Positions 21,138 to 32,462 of a stretch of 64,000 nt of DNA are shown here, piece by piece. This DNA comes from Acidobacteriota bacterium. Lineage in GTDB: Bacteria > Acidobacteriota > UBA890 > WLXD01. The DNA lies in assembly GCA_965205505.1 (NCBI GenBank), contig CBDBHB010000008.1, positions 256,001-320,000 on the forward strand, read 5' to 3'. The notes below the pieces were generated by a model that was not told the origin of the DNA, searched no databases, and saw only the letters and a program-made list of their open reading frames with translations. The position numbers and the translations under genes are program-made. Numbering within the stretch: position 1 is the first letter of the stretch; each line of letters opens with the position of its first letter.

Positions 21138-21896
21138 TCAGGAGCCGAGGCTCGTCCAGAACGCCACCAGCACCAGCGACAGACCCCATAGCACGATCGC
21201 CAACGTCATCGCCGAGCCGCGTTTCAGACCGAGTAGCTGCTCTCCGCCGATCACGACCACGGCCATCCACCAGAAGTTGAACACGTCGACACGCGCCGCC
21301 ACCTGAGCCATCGCCGGGGACAGCTCGGTGGTATCGAGCAGGAGGCTGAGTCCCAGCGAGGGCATCGACTGCACGAAGTCAGCCGTGCGCCGGATCTCGG
21401 GCGGGTCAAGACGCCAGACCAGGGTCACGAAGGCGGTGGCCAGCAGCGGGTGGATCACGGAGGCAACCGAGGCAACCGCAAAGCTATGGGAGAACTTGGT
21501 CGATCCCCCCATCATGCTGGCAGCAATCCAGATCAACGCCGCGAAAGCGCCGGCAGCGAGGATGAAGAGCAGATTGAACGCGGTCGCCCAGACCGGCGCC
21601 CACTTGTCCATCGTCTCGACGATGGTGCGAACCTGCTCGACATCGATCTTCTGACCTTGCTGCGCCATTCCCTCGATCATCCCTACCCACATGATCTGAC
21701 GAGTGATGTCCAGATTTACCGCCCCGAGCGCCATCATCAGCACGGTCACCCAGAGAATTGGCCAGCAGGCCAGCAACGGGCGCTGCGCAAGCGCCTCGAA
21801 CGCCTTCGTCGGAGCGAAGATAGCGTTGAGCGTGGGGCTGAAGACCGCCGCCGCGCCGCGCCCCAGCTCGGTCGAGTCCACCGTGTCGGTCATCAT
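21138..21896 (-). CDS. Yip1-domain membrane protein
   Basis: IFAPTKAFEAL start, MGGSTKFSHSFAV, DVFNFW and several TM segments. Confidence 0.8.
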   Translation of the reverse strand: MMTDTVDSTELGRGAAAVFSPTLNAIFAPTKAFEALAQRPLLACWPILWVTVLMMALGAVNLDITRQIMWVGMIEGMAQQGQKIDVEQVRTIVETMDKWAPVWATAFNLLFILAAGAFAALIWIAASMMGGSTKFSHSFAVASVASVIHPLLATAFVTLVWRLDPPEIRRTADFVQSMPSLGLSLLLDTTELSPAMAQVAARVDVFNFWWMAVVVIGGEQLLGLKRGSAMTLAIVLWGLSLVLVAFWTSLGS

Positions 21897-21906
21897 CTCC
21901 CCCCCT

Positions 21907-23400
21907 TCAAGCCGCACCGGGTCGGGGCGCTCCGAGCGCGCTCAACGCTGCGGCCCGCATCCGATCGGTGGGCGCCAGGCTGCCGGTCCATATCTCGTGC
22001 TGCGCCGCAGCCTGCCGCAGGAACATTTCCAGGCCGGAGATCGTCGGACAGCCGCGCGCGCGCGCCTGTCGCAGCAACTCTGTCTCCGGCGGACGGTAGA
22101 CCATATCCAGCACCACCTCATCTCCTCGCAACCAGGCGGTCGGAATGGGCGATTGAGCGGTTCCGTTCATCCCCACCGGCGTGGCGTTGACGATCATCTG
22201 GGCGCCGATCGTGGCAATCTCCTCGAGGCTCGCCGCCTCGCAGGCAAGTGCCGCGGCGGCCTTACGGGCGCGCTCAACCGAGCGCCCCAGCAAGATCACG
22301 TGCGCGCCTGCTTGTTGCAATGCGACGGCTGCGGCAGCAGCTGCGCCCCCCGCACCCAGTACCGCGATGAGCTTGTGCTTCACAGGGGCGACCGTGCCCA
22401 GTGCCTCGACGAGGGCCGCGCCGTCGGTGTTGTGACCCTCCCAGCGTCCCGCGCGTAGCACCAGTGTGTTCACCGCTTCCATGCGCTCGGCCTCGGCCGA
22501 GAGGACGTCGGCGAAATCCGCTGCATGGCGCTTGTAGGGCATGGTCACGCTCAGGCCGACTACGTCGGCGGCGATGGCCATGCGCATGACCGACGCGAAA
22601 TCGTCTCCCGGCAGAGGCAAGTAGAGCGCCTCGCGCTCTTCGTGCTCGAAAGCGGCGTTGAACACCACCGGTGACAACGAGTGGGTGATCGGATCGCCGA
22701 TGACCGCATAACGGGCATGGGTGGAACGCCAGCGCTCGACGCGAAGCTGGCGGCGCAACAAGCGTGCAAGCCACTGTCCCGGCGCGGTCGGATGGCCAAC
22801 CCGCGCCAAAGCGTACGACCACACGCCGCCGCGAGACAGATCGACCAGCCGGCTGCCGGCACCGGCTGGTCCCATACAGAAGCAAGTGCAGTCGATCCCG
22901 GCGGCTCGCAAGGCGTCGCCCGCAGCGAGCATCGGCAGAGCGTCATCCGGCGTCTGCGCCGCAGTTACCAGCTTGGCCACGGCGGGACGCAGCTCCACAA
23001 TACGGCCAACTTGCTGGTCAACGTCATCCGGCCGTGCCTGTGTCCAATGGTGCGACAACACGACGCGCTCGCGCGCCTCGATAAGCACCTCCGGTGCCCA
23101 CTCAGCATCGAGCTCGACATCGACATACCTCGCACCAGCTCCAAGCGCCGCGCTGATGAGCTCGCGCCGCGCCTGCTCGTCGCCGTCGAAGCCACCACCG
23201 TCCGAGCGCCGGCGGCAAGTCGCCACCACATCGACCGGCGCACCCTCCATCACCCGGACCACATCGGACGCGGTCACTATCGGTACGAGCGCATCCAGGC
23301 GAACCTCGACGAGATCGGCGTCTTCAAGCTGATCGTACGCCGCGAGCACGTCGGCGAGCTCAGCCGCCGCCAGGCTCACGCAAATCCGTGGCCCGCTCAT
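21907..23400 (-). CDS. aroE: Fused type I 3-dehydroquinate dehydratase / shikimate dehydrogenase (AroD-AroE)
   Basis: N-half VEVRLD, ATCRR, YVDVEL, TAPGQ; C-half GDPITHSLSP, SVTMPYK, AVNT, HNTD, LGAGGAA and NATPVGM. Confidence 0.93.
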   Translation of the reverse strand: MSGPRICVSLAAAELADVLAAYDQLEDADLVEVRLDALVPIVTASDVVRVMEGAPVDVVATCRRRSDGGGFDGDEQARRELISAALGAGARYVDVELDAEWAPEVLIEARERVVLSHHWTQARPDDVDQQVGRIVELRPAVAKLVTAAQTPDDALPMLAAGDALRAAGIDCTCFCMGPAGAGSRLVDLSRGGVWSYALARVGHPTAPGQWLARLLRRQLRVERWRSTHARYAVIGDPITHSLSPVVFNAAFEHEEREALYLPLPGDDFASVMRMAIAADVVGLSVTMPYKRHAADFADVLSAEAERMEAVNTLVLRAGRWEGHNTDGAALVEALGTVAPVKHKLIAVLGAGGAAAAAAVALQQAGAHVILLGRSVERARKAAAALACEAASLEEIATIGAQMIVNATPVGMNGTAQSPIPTAWLRGDEVVLDMVYRPPETELLRQARARGCPTISGLEMFLRQAAAQHEIWTGSLAPTDRMRAAALSALGAPRPGAA

Positions 23401-23415
23401 TCGGCGAGCCCGCGC

Positions 23416-24222
23416 TCAGCGGCTCGCCGGCTCACAGACCGCAACCGCGGTGGGTCTGTCGATGCTGGGCGCCTGTCCGCACAGCGGACATTCCGGATCG
23501 CGGCGCAACTGCACCGTCCGGAAACTCATCTGCTGGGTGTCCACAAGCAGCAGACGCCCCATGAGCGTGGTCACCTGGTAGCCGAGTAGCTTGAGGCCTT
23601 CCGCTGCCTGGATGCTACCGACGATGCCGGCAAGCGCACCCAGCAAGCCGGCATCGTGGCACGGTGGCTGCTCGCTTGGCGCACCGCGAAACACGCATCG
23701 GTAGCAAGGGGTCGTCGGCGGAGCTATGACGGTGACCTGGCCTTCGAAGCGGTACAGGCTGCCGGTGACCAACGGGACCGCTGCCAGTACGCATGCATCG
23801 TTGACCACGTAGCGGGTGGCAAAATTGTCGCTCCCGTCCAACACCAAGTCGTACTCGCGGACGAGCTCGAGCACGTTGGCGGCGGTAACTCGCACCGCGT
23901 GCTCTCGAATATGCACGGAGGGGTTCTGCGCTCGGAGACGCACCGCCGCAACTTCCACCTTGCCGCGACCGCGATCATTGTCGTCGAACAGCACCTGCCG
24001 CTGCAGGTTGGATGCTTCGACGATGTCGTCGTCGGCCAGACCGACGGTGCCAACTCCGGCGGCGACGAGATACTGGGCGACGGGGCACCCGAGGCCACCC
24101 ACGCCGATCACCAGAGCTCGCGCCGCCATGAGGCGACGCTGCGCCGCGACGTCGAACCCCGGAAGCTGCAGGTGGGCCGCATAGCGTTCCATCTGCTCCG
24201 ACGAGAGCCGGTCAGGTGACAT
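23416..24222 (-). CDS. MoeB/ThiF/HesA-family adenylyltransferase
   Basis: IGVGGLG, SNLQRQ, DGSDNF, CYRC and CPLC; the real start is at MSPDRLS (ATG 24222). Confidence 0.92.
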   Translation of the reverse strand: MSPDRLSSEQMERYAAHLQLPGFDVAAQRRLMAARALVIGVGGLGCPVAQYLVAAGVGTVGLADDDIVEASNLQRQVLFDDNDRGRGKVEVAAVRLRAQNPSVHIREHAVRVTAANVLELVREYDLVLDGSDNFATRYVVNDACVLAAVPLVTGSLYRFEGQVTVIAPPTTPCYRCVFRGAPSEQPPCHDAGLLGALAGIVGSIQAAEGLKLLGYQVTTLMGRLLLVDTQQMSFRTVQLRRDPECPLCGQAPSIDRPTAVAVCEPASR

Positions 24223-25156
24223 GGCTTCCCTCGGACACCTGCCAGCGTATCGGCTGGCGGCTCTTGTAGTGCTCCGGTTCGATCTGCACGGTCGTGTGGT
24301 CGATCGCGAAGCGCTCCCGCACCACCAGTCGGACTGCGTCCAGGATCCCCTCGCACTCGACCAGCCGCTCCCGCTTGACCTCGACGTGGCAAGAGAGGGC
24401 GTAGATTCCCGATGTGAGGCTCCAGATGTGTAGATCGTGCACGCCCTCGACGCCAGGGAGCGCCGAGATCGCCCCTTCCACCTCGCTGTATTCGATGCCG
24501 GCTGGCGTAGCTTCGAGCAGCACGTCGACAGACTCGCGCAACAGCCGCCAGGCGCCGACGACGATGACTGCCGAGATAAGCGCCGATAGTGCCGGGTCGA
24601 TCCAGTAGGCGCCGGTGGCAAGCATCACCACGCCACCGACGACGACGGCAACGGACGACAACAGGTCGCCGAGCACATGGAGATAGGCGCTGCGCAGGTT
24701 GAGGCTGTGAGTGTGGCCTGACAGGAAGAACAGCCCGAGGCCGTTGGCTATCAATCCGATCACCGCGACGCCCATCATCAGCGGAGCGTCGACAGTCGGA
24801 GGCTCGAGCAGCCGCTCGTACGCCTCCCAGCCTATGAATCCGGAGATCGCCACCAGCACAACGCCGTTTACCAGCGCCGCGAGGATCTCGAGTCGGTGCC
24901 AACCGTAGGTCTTGCTTCGGGTCGCCGGACGCGACGCGAAGCTAACCGCCAGGTAGGCGAGCAACAGCGCCAGCGCATCCGACAGCATGTGGCCGGCGTC
25001 CGCCAGCAGCGCCAGGCTGTTGCTCAGCCAACCGCCGACGAACTCTGCCACGAGGATGACGCTGGTGGTGACCAGCGCCAGCATGAGGCCGCGTCGCTCG
25101 CTCGCACGCCGCCGGCCGGAGCCGTGGGCGTGACCGGGGTGATGAGAATGCGCCAT
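24212..25156 (-). CDS. Cation diffusion facilitator (CzcD/ZitB-like Zn/Co/Cd efflux)
   Basis: His-rich N-terminus, SLALLADAGHMLSD, HVLGDLLSS and HDLHIW. Confidence 0.95.
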   Translation of the reverse strand: MAHSHHPGHAHGSGRRRASERRGLMLALVTTSVILVAEFVGGWLSNSLALLADAGHMLSDALALLLAYLAVSFASRPATRSKTYGWHRLEILAALVNGVVLVAISGFIGWEAYERLLEPPTVDAPLMMGVAVIGLIANGLGLFFLSGHTHSLNLRSAYLHVLGDLLSSVAVVVGGVVMLATGAYWIDPALSALISAVIVVGAWRLLRESVDVLLEATPAGIEYSEVEGAISALPGVEGVHDLHIWSLTSGIYALSCHVEVKRERLVECEGILDAVRLVVRERFAIDHTTVQIEPEHYKSRQPIRWQVSEGSHVT

Positions 25157-25166
25157 GCTGGAGAGT

Positions 25167-26057
25167 CTACTCCGACTGTCCCGCTCCCCGACGCGAGATG
25201 TGCGCTAGCATTTGGAGCAGGATATGCGCGGCCACGGCGGCGGTGCTGTCGCTCGGATCGAGCGCTGGTGCCACCTCGACCAGGTCCATACCGACGACAC
25301 GCGTCCCACCCCACAGCGACGCGAGCAGGTCGAGAACTGCCCGGCAATCGGGTCCGCCAGCAATCGGGTAGCCGGTTCCCGGTGCGGCGGCCGGATCCAA
25401 GACGTCGATGTCCAGCGACACGTACAGGGGGCGGTCCCCGACTACCTCGGCGATCTGTCGGGCCAACTCCTCGCTTCCGGCGGCGCTCCAGGCTGCCGCG
25501 GTAACGACGAGGCCGGCTTCGCGGATCGACTCGAGCTCGGCGTGAGCAAACGACCGCAGGCCGACGAGGCAGGTCGAAGCCGGCTCCACCCCGACCGTGT
25601 CCCAGACCCTGCGAACGACACAAGCGTGCGAGTTTCGATCGCCGTCGTATGTATCGAAGCAATCCGCGTGGGCGTCGAGCATAAGGAAGGCGAGATCCGA
25701 GTATCGGTCGGCTACCGCCGCTACCAGCGGCGGAGTAACCGAATGGTCCCCTCCCAGGCCAATGAGGAATCCGTTGGGCTCCTGGCACAGCGCCTCGCGC
25801 CCGGCGGCCTCGATCGTCGGCCATGCGGGCGCGGCGGGCGTCACATCACCCAGATCACGGACCTGTATGCCGGTGACCAGATGCCCGCTCTCGTCGATCG
25901 CCTCGGCACTCTCCCCCCAGCGTCGGATGGCGACGGGACCCGCCGAAGCTCCCGACCGACCGGTAGCGGCGTCGTCTACCGGACATCCGAGAATCAACGC
26001 CGTTTGCTGCTCGCCATCCCTTTTCGTCAGCCCGAACCAGCTACCAATGTCACGCAT
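25167..26057 (-). CDS. Agmatinase/ureohydrolase family protein
   Basis: LGGDHS, LDAHAD, SLDIDVLDP, PGTG and DLVEVAP. Confidence 0.9.
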   Translation of the reverse strand: MRDIGSWFGLTKRDGEQQTALILGCPVDDAATGRSGASAGPVAIRRWGESAEAIDESGHLVTGIQVRDLGDVTPAAPAWPTIEAAGREALCQEPNGFLIGLGGDHSVTPPLVAAVADRYSDLAFLMLDAHADCFDTYDGDRNSHACVVRRVWDTVGVEPASTCLVGLRSFAHAELESIREAGLVVTAAAWSAAGSEELARQIAEVVGDRPLYVSLDIDVLDPAAAPGTGYPIAGGPDCRAVLDLLASLWGGTRVVGMDLVEVAPALDPSDSTAAVAAHILLQMLAHISRRGAGQSE

Positions 26058-26174
26058 CCCACGAGGCTCGCGCGAGCTATGGCGCGAGTCAAGGCGGTGT
26101 CGGTGACACAACCAGCGGGCCGCCGCCGCAGGGGGCGTTTTGACCAGGTCACCTCCTCCGTCTAGGCTGCTCGC

Positions 26175-28674
<2,500 letters not shown>

Positions 28675-28683
28675 CGGGTGAAC

Positions 28684-29088
28684 ATGGGCATTCGGATTCT
28701 GATTCCGAAGCCACGACGCAAGCGCGGCACGAAACCGACGCGGCGATTCGTGTGGGTGGCAGCAGGGCTCGGGATGTGGGGCGTCGCCTACTCCTTCTTC
28801 GGCGCTGGCGGCATGGTCGGCGTCTATCGCGCGCGCGCCGATGTGCAAGGACTGAAACAGGAGATCGTCGCCGCCGAGCACGTCAACCAGGCCCTTCGCG
28901 AGCGAATTCAAGCGCTTCGCAGCGAGCGGATGACCATCGAGCGCGAAGCTCGCGAGCGCCTAGGTCTGGTGAAACCTGGCGAGAAAGTTTACCTTCTCCG
29001 CCCGCCGCCTCCGGAAAACGAGGCAAGCACGGACGAAGACGATCGCCTGGCTGAGGAATCCTCGGCCAGCCGTGCCCTCCCACAGTAA
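28684..29088 (+). CDS. ftsB: Septum formation initiator (FtsB/DivIC family)
   Basis: TM segment plus coiled coil and IEREARERLGLVKPGE; conserved position after eno. Confidence 0.88.
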   Translation: MGIRILIPKPRRKRGTKPTRRFVWVAAGLGMWGVAYSFFGAGGMVGVYRARADVQGLKQEIVAAEHVNQALRERIQALRSERMTIEREARERLGLVKPGEKVYLLRPPPPENEASTDEDDRLAEESSASRALPQ

Positions 29089-29383
29089 GTCTGCCGCCCT
29101 TCGACCCGTGGCCTGTAACAGATATCCGTTACGTATCGCAGATGGGACTTGCGGGTGAGATCAAGGCGCGGCGAAGAAGTGGATACAGTGGGCATCGTCG
29201 ACGAGGCGCAACGCCGAGATCGCCTGCAACTGCCCATCTGCCCGCAGGATGGTGGCGAGACAGCCCCGTCCGCGGCGTTGCCGCTCCTCCACGATGGGCC
29301 AACATCGTCTCGTCGGAGCGCCTGGTATCCGGGGCCGTTTCACCGCCACGATACGCAACGACCTGTTGCAGGAAACTAGCCAC

Positions 29384-30976
29384 ATGACCCGCATCGGAAT
29401 CTACGGGTGGGGTGTGGTTGCGCCACGCTCTCCCGATGTGGCCGCGTTCGCCGCCAACCTCGGGAAATCCGATACCTGGCTAGCACCGTTCTCTGACCCC
29501 GACAGGTCGAACTTCCTCGCCGGCACGCCGGAGTTCGACCTAGCTGCTTACCGAGCCTGGATCGACGAGCGTTTCGCACCCACCAAGTTCGCCCAGCTGC
29601 GCCAGAAGATGGGCTTCACGACGCAGTACGCGATCGGAGCGTTCATCCAATCTCTCGGGCAGAACCCGGGGATCGAGGCAACGCTGCAATCGCTTGGCGC
29701 CGACGCCCAGGTACTGATCACCACGGGGCTCGGTGACCTTCCCACTTTCTACGATTGTTCGGTCAGCTTGTACCGGGCGCGTCGCCGATGGGATGAGTTC
29801 TGGGCCCAACCCGAGCGCAACGCCGATCGAGCCACCTTCGACTCGAGCAGCATCGAGCACCGTGCCGATCTGAGCCGACACTGGGGCGCGCCGATGAGCC
29901 CTGAGAGAATCGACGACGCGGGATCGCGCGACGACGCCACCGAGGCCTGGAATCATTTCTGGGCAGCCAGGTCTGACGGATTGACCTCGTTCCTGGAGCG
30001 CCTCAATACGATCGAGGCGCAAGGCGTTCAGGGCGAAGTCGAACAAGGCAAGCTACGACTACTGCGCCGCAAGCGAACGGAAACCGGACGGCTGCAGAAA
30101 GAGGTCGGTTGCCCCACGCCGCCCTGGCTGGCCGTGTCGGCGAACCTGCTGTGGAACATCTCCAACATCCCGGCCTCCCAGGTGTCGATGCTGGGCCGTA
30201 TCACCGGCGCCGCCTACGCGCCGGTGGCGGCCTGCTCGGGCTTCGGCGTGGCCCTGCACCTGGCGATGCAGGCCATTCGCACCGGAGCAGCAAAGGCAGT
30301 GGTGGTGGGTGCGACCGACCCGCCGCCGCACATGTTGAGCGTCGGAACCTTTTACAAGGCCCGCGTGCTGGCTTCCGACCAGGCGCCCTCCGTGCCGCTC
30401 ACGGATCTCCGCGGCACCCACGTGGCCGGCGGAGCGTGCGTTTGGATCGTCGGGGACCGTGACTTCATGGAGGGTCAGGGTTTTACACCGGTAGGGCTGG
30501 AGCTCCTCGGCGTGGGCGTTACCTCGGATGCCGACCACATCATCACACCGTCAACGGAAGGGCCGCAGGACTCGATCCGGCGCGCCCTCGAGGACGCCGG
30601 CATCTCGGCCGACGAGATCTCCAACTGGGATCTGCACGCCACGGCCACACCTGGCGACTACCAAGAAGTCGCCAACCTGAGCGCGATGGTTCGCGACGGC
30701 GTGGTGGTCACCGCAAGGAAAGGCACCTTTGGCCACGGCATGTCGTGCTGTGGCGGCTGGGAGCTGATGGCGCAGCATCTCGGTCTCGCTGAAGGCCGGA
30801 TTCATCCGACGCCGCTGACCGCGGAACGGTTGAACCCGAGCGTGGCAAGCGCCCGGCTGCGCTACGTGCTCGACGAGAGCTACGAGCCTGGACCCGGCGC
30901 GGCCGGCAAGCTCTCGATGGGTGTCGGGGGCATAAACGCCTGCGTCATCTCGAGGCCCTGGGGCACCCGCGACTGA
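29384..30976 (+). CDS. Beta-ketoacyl synthase (FabF/FabB-like fold) with a large internal insertion
   Basis: IYGWGVVAP, VAACSG (Cys), SDADHI, LHATATP (His), KGTFGHG (His) and SMGVGGINA. Confidence 0.82.
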   Translation: MTRIGIYGWGVVAPRSPDVAAFAANLGKSDTWLAPFSDPDRSNFLAGTPEFDLAAYRAWIDERFAPTKFAQLRQKMGFTTQYAIGAFIQSLGQNPGIEATLQSLGADAQVLITTGLGDLPTFYDCSVSLYRARRRWDEFWAQPERNADRATFDSSSIEHRADLSRHWGAPMSPERIDDAGSRDDATEAWNHFWAARSDGLTSFLERLNTIEAQGVQGEVEQGKLRLLRRKRTETGRLQKEVGCPTPPWLAVSANLLWNISNIPASQVSMLGRITGAAYAPVAACSGFGVALHLAMQAIRTGAAKAVVVGATDPPPHMLSVGTFYKARVLASDQAPSVPLTDLRGTHVAGGACVWIVGDRDFMEGQGFTPVGLELLGVGVTSDADHIITPSTEGPQDSIRRALEDAGISADEISNWDLHATATPGDYQEVANLSAMVRDGVVVTARKGTFGHGMSCCGGWELMAQHLGLAEGRIHPTPLTAERLNPSVASARLRYVLDESYEPGPGAAGKLSMGVGGINACVISRPWGTRD

Positions 30977-30997
30977 CTTCTGCGGTCAATACAAGCC

Positions 30998-31085
30998 CTG
31001 GTTTATTCAAAAGTGTGTTTATTTGTTTTTTAGTGCATTTTTGGTCTCTTATACTACCTTTTAGGTGTTTTTGATTAGCGATAAT
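30998..31085 (+). promoter_or_regulatory. AT/T-rich putative promoter region
   Basis: An abruptly T-rich tract in a GC-rich background; TATACT at 31050-31055. Confidence 0.45.
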
Positions 31086-31589
31086 ATGGCCTTCGTGAGA
31101 CGTCCTCGTCATGACAACCAAAGAGCGCGGCCGATGATCGACTTAGTGGCCGCGATGGCGATGATCGCCGTCCTGTCGACGGTCGTCGTACCGCAGCTGC
31201 TGCTGGCCCGCGACCGTGGCCGTCTGCGCCGTAGCTTGGGCGACATGCGCAAGCTTTCGATCGCGTTGTCGACGTATCAGTCGGACAACGGCGGACTGTT
31301 CCCCAGCCGCGCGCAGGGTCTGGCCGCCCTGCAACCCGATTACTTCTCGGTGGTTCCAGATGACGGTTGGGGTACGAGCTACCTGTACGACGGCATCAAC
31401 ACCGGCTGCGCCTACCTGCTGATGGGCCTGGGATCCAACGCGCTGATCGGGCCCAACCCGCCCGATCCGTGGCTGGGCGATCACTTCGAGCCGGATATCT
31501 GGCTGTCCAACGGCGTGTTTCTCCGAGCGCCCGGACGGCCGGACGAGACCGCCAAGTTTCCCCGCATCGTTGCCGATTCCTGCAGCTAG
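31086..31589 (+). CDS. Pilin/pseudopilin-like (GspG-like) protein with a degenerate prepilin site
   Basis: Hydrophobic helix, then LLLARDRGR..SLGDMRKLSIALSTYQSDNG.FP and DGWG..YLY, as in GspG-like proteins. Confidence 0.7.
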   Translation: MAFVRRPRHDNQRARPMIDLVAAMAMIAVLSTVVVPQLLLARDRGRLRRSLGDMRKLSIALSTYQSDNGGLFPSRAQGLAALQPDYFSVVPDDGWGTSYLYDGINTGCAYLLMGLGSNALIGPNPPDPWLGDHFEPDIWLSNGVFLRAPGRPDETAKFPRIVADSCS

Positions 31590-31593
31590 GAAC

Positions 31594-31935
31594 ATGCACC
31601 GAACACTCTTGCGCACCGCGTTGGCAATGGGGCTACTGGCCGTCATGCTCGGCTGTGGCGACAGCGAACGCTCCCTGAGGCTACGCATCACCGGCACGGA
31701 GGGCCTCCGCTTTGCCGGCCACTACGTCCTCCATACCGCTGGTCAAGAGTCGCGGCAGGCGCTCGATCAGACAGTACCGTTCGAGATCGATCTGCTCGGC
31801 ACCGACGTCTCCTGCATGGCTCAAAAGATGGGCGGGGACGGTACCTTGCGCGTCGAGATTCTCGTCGACGGAGAGGCGGTGGCGTTTGACTGGACGCGAG
31901 ATCAGTACGGCCATGTGAGCGCCGTCACCCCCTGA
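31594..31935 (+). CDS. Hypothetical lipoprotein
   Basis: Signal peptide ending in lipobox MLGC; beta-rich body. Confidence 0.7.
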   Translation: MHRTLLRTALAMGLLAVMLGCGDSERSLRLRITGTEGLRFAGHYVLHTAGQESRQALDQTVPFEIDLLGTDVSCMAQKMGGDGTLRVEILVDGEAVAFDWTRDQYGHVSAVTP

Positions 31936-32120
31936 CCTGACGGGGGAGCGCGCCGGGCGCAGCGATCGTCCCCCGGTGCCGACAGTCGTTGTCGCTCCGA
32001 TCTTCTCGGGTTCTGTGCCTCGCAAACCTTTGCCCTGGCGTCCGACAAAGGGCAAGGTGAGCCCGGCACGTAGTGATCGCCAACCCGAGAATACGTCTAC
32101 GAATTCCTTCTGGAGGCGAA

Positions 32121-32450
32121 ATGGCGTACGTCTATCTAGCCATCGCAATCGTGGCCGAGGTGTTCGGAACCACCTCGTTGAAGGCATCTGAGGAGTTCAC
32201 GCGACTGGCGCCCAGCCTGGCCGTGGCGACTGGCTATAGTGTCTCCTTCTACTTCCTCTCGTTGGTCCTGCGGAGCATCCCGCTGGGGGTCACGTACGCG
32301 GTGTGGTCCGGGATGGGCGTTGTACTGGTGGCGATCGCGGGGGCGGTCGTCTACAAGGAGGTTCCGGATGCCCCCGCCCTGCTCGGCATGACGATGATCG
32401 TCGGCGGCGTAGTCGTCATGAACCTGTTTTCGAAGACCGTGATCCACTGA
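32121..32450 (+). CDS. SMR-family multidrug efflux transporter (EmrE/Qac-like)
   Basis: AIVAEVFGTTSLKAS (membrane Glu), YAVWSGMG and 4 TM segments; GGAGG RBS. Confidence 0.93.
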   Translation: MAYVYLAIAIVAEVFGTTSLKASEEFTRLAPSLAVATGYSVSFYFLSLVLRSIPLGVTYAVWSGMGVVLVAIAGAVVYKEVPDAPALLGMTMIVGGVVVMNLFSKTVIH

Positions 32451-32462
32451 CGCGGCGGCAGG

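Noticed and set aside
24223-24621. Long N-terminal extension on the MoeB ORF
   Set aside because: It overlaps the CDF gene in another frame; an artefact of choosing the first start codon.
29089-29383. Short ORFs between ftsB and the ketosynthase
   Set aside because: Several overlapping short frames on both strands, none with family motifs.
31936-32120. Guanidine riboswitch upstream of the SMR gene
   Set aside because: No recognisable ykkC or twin ACGR-loop hairpins; the protein looks EmrE/Qac-like rather than Gdx-like.
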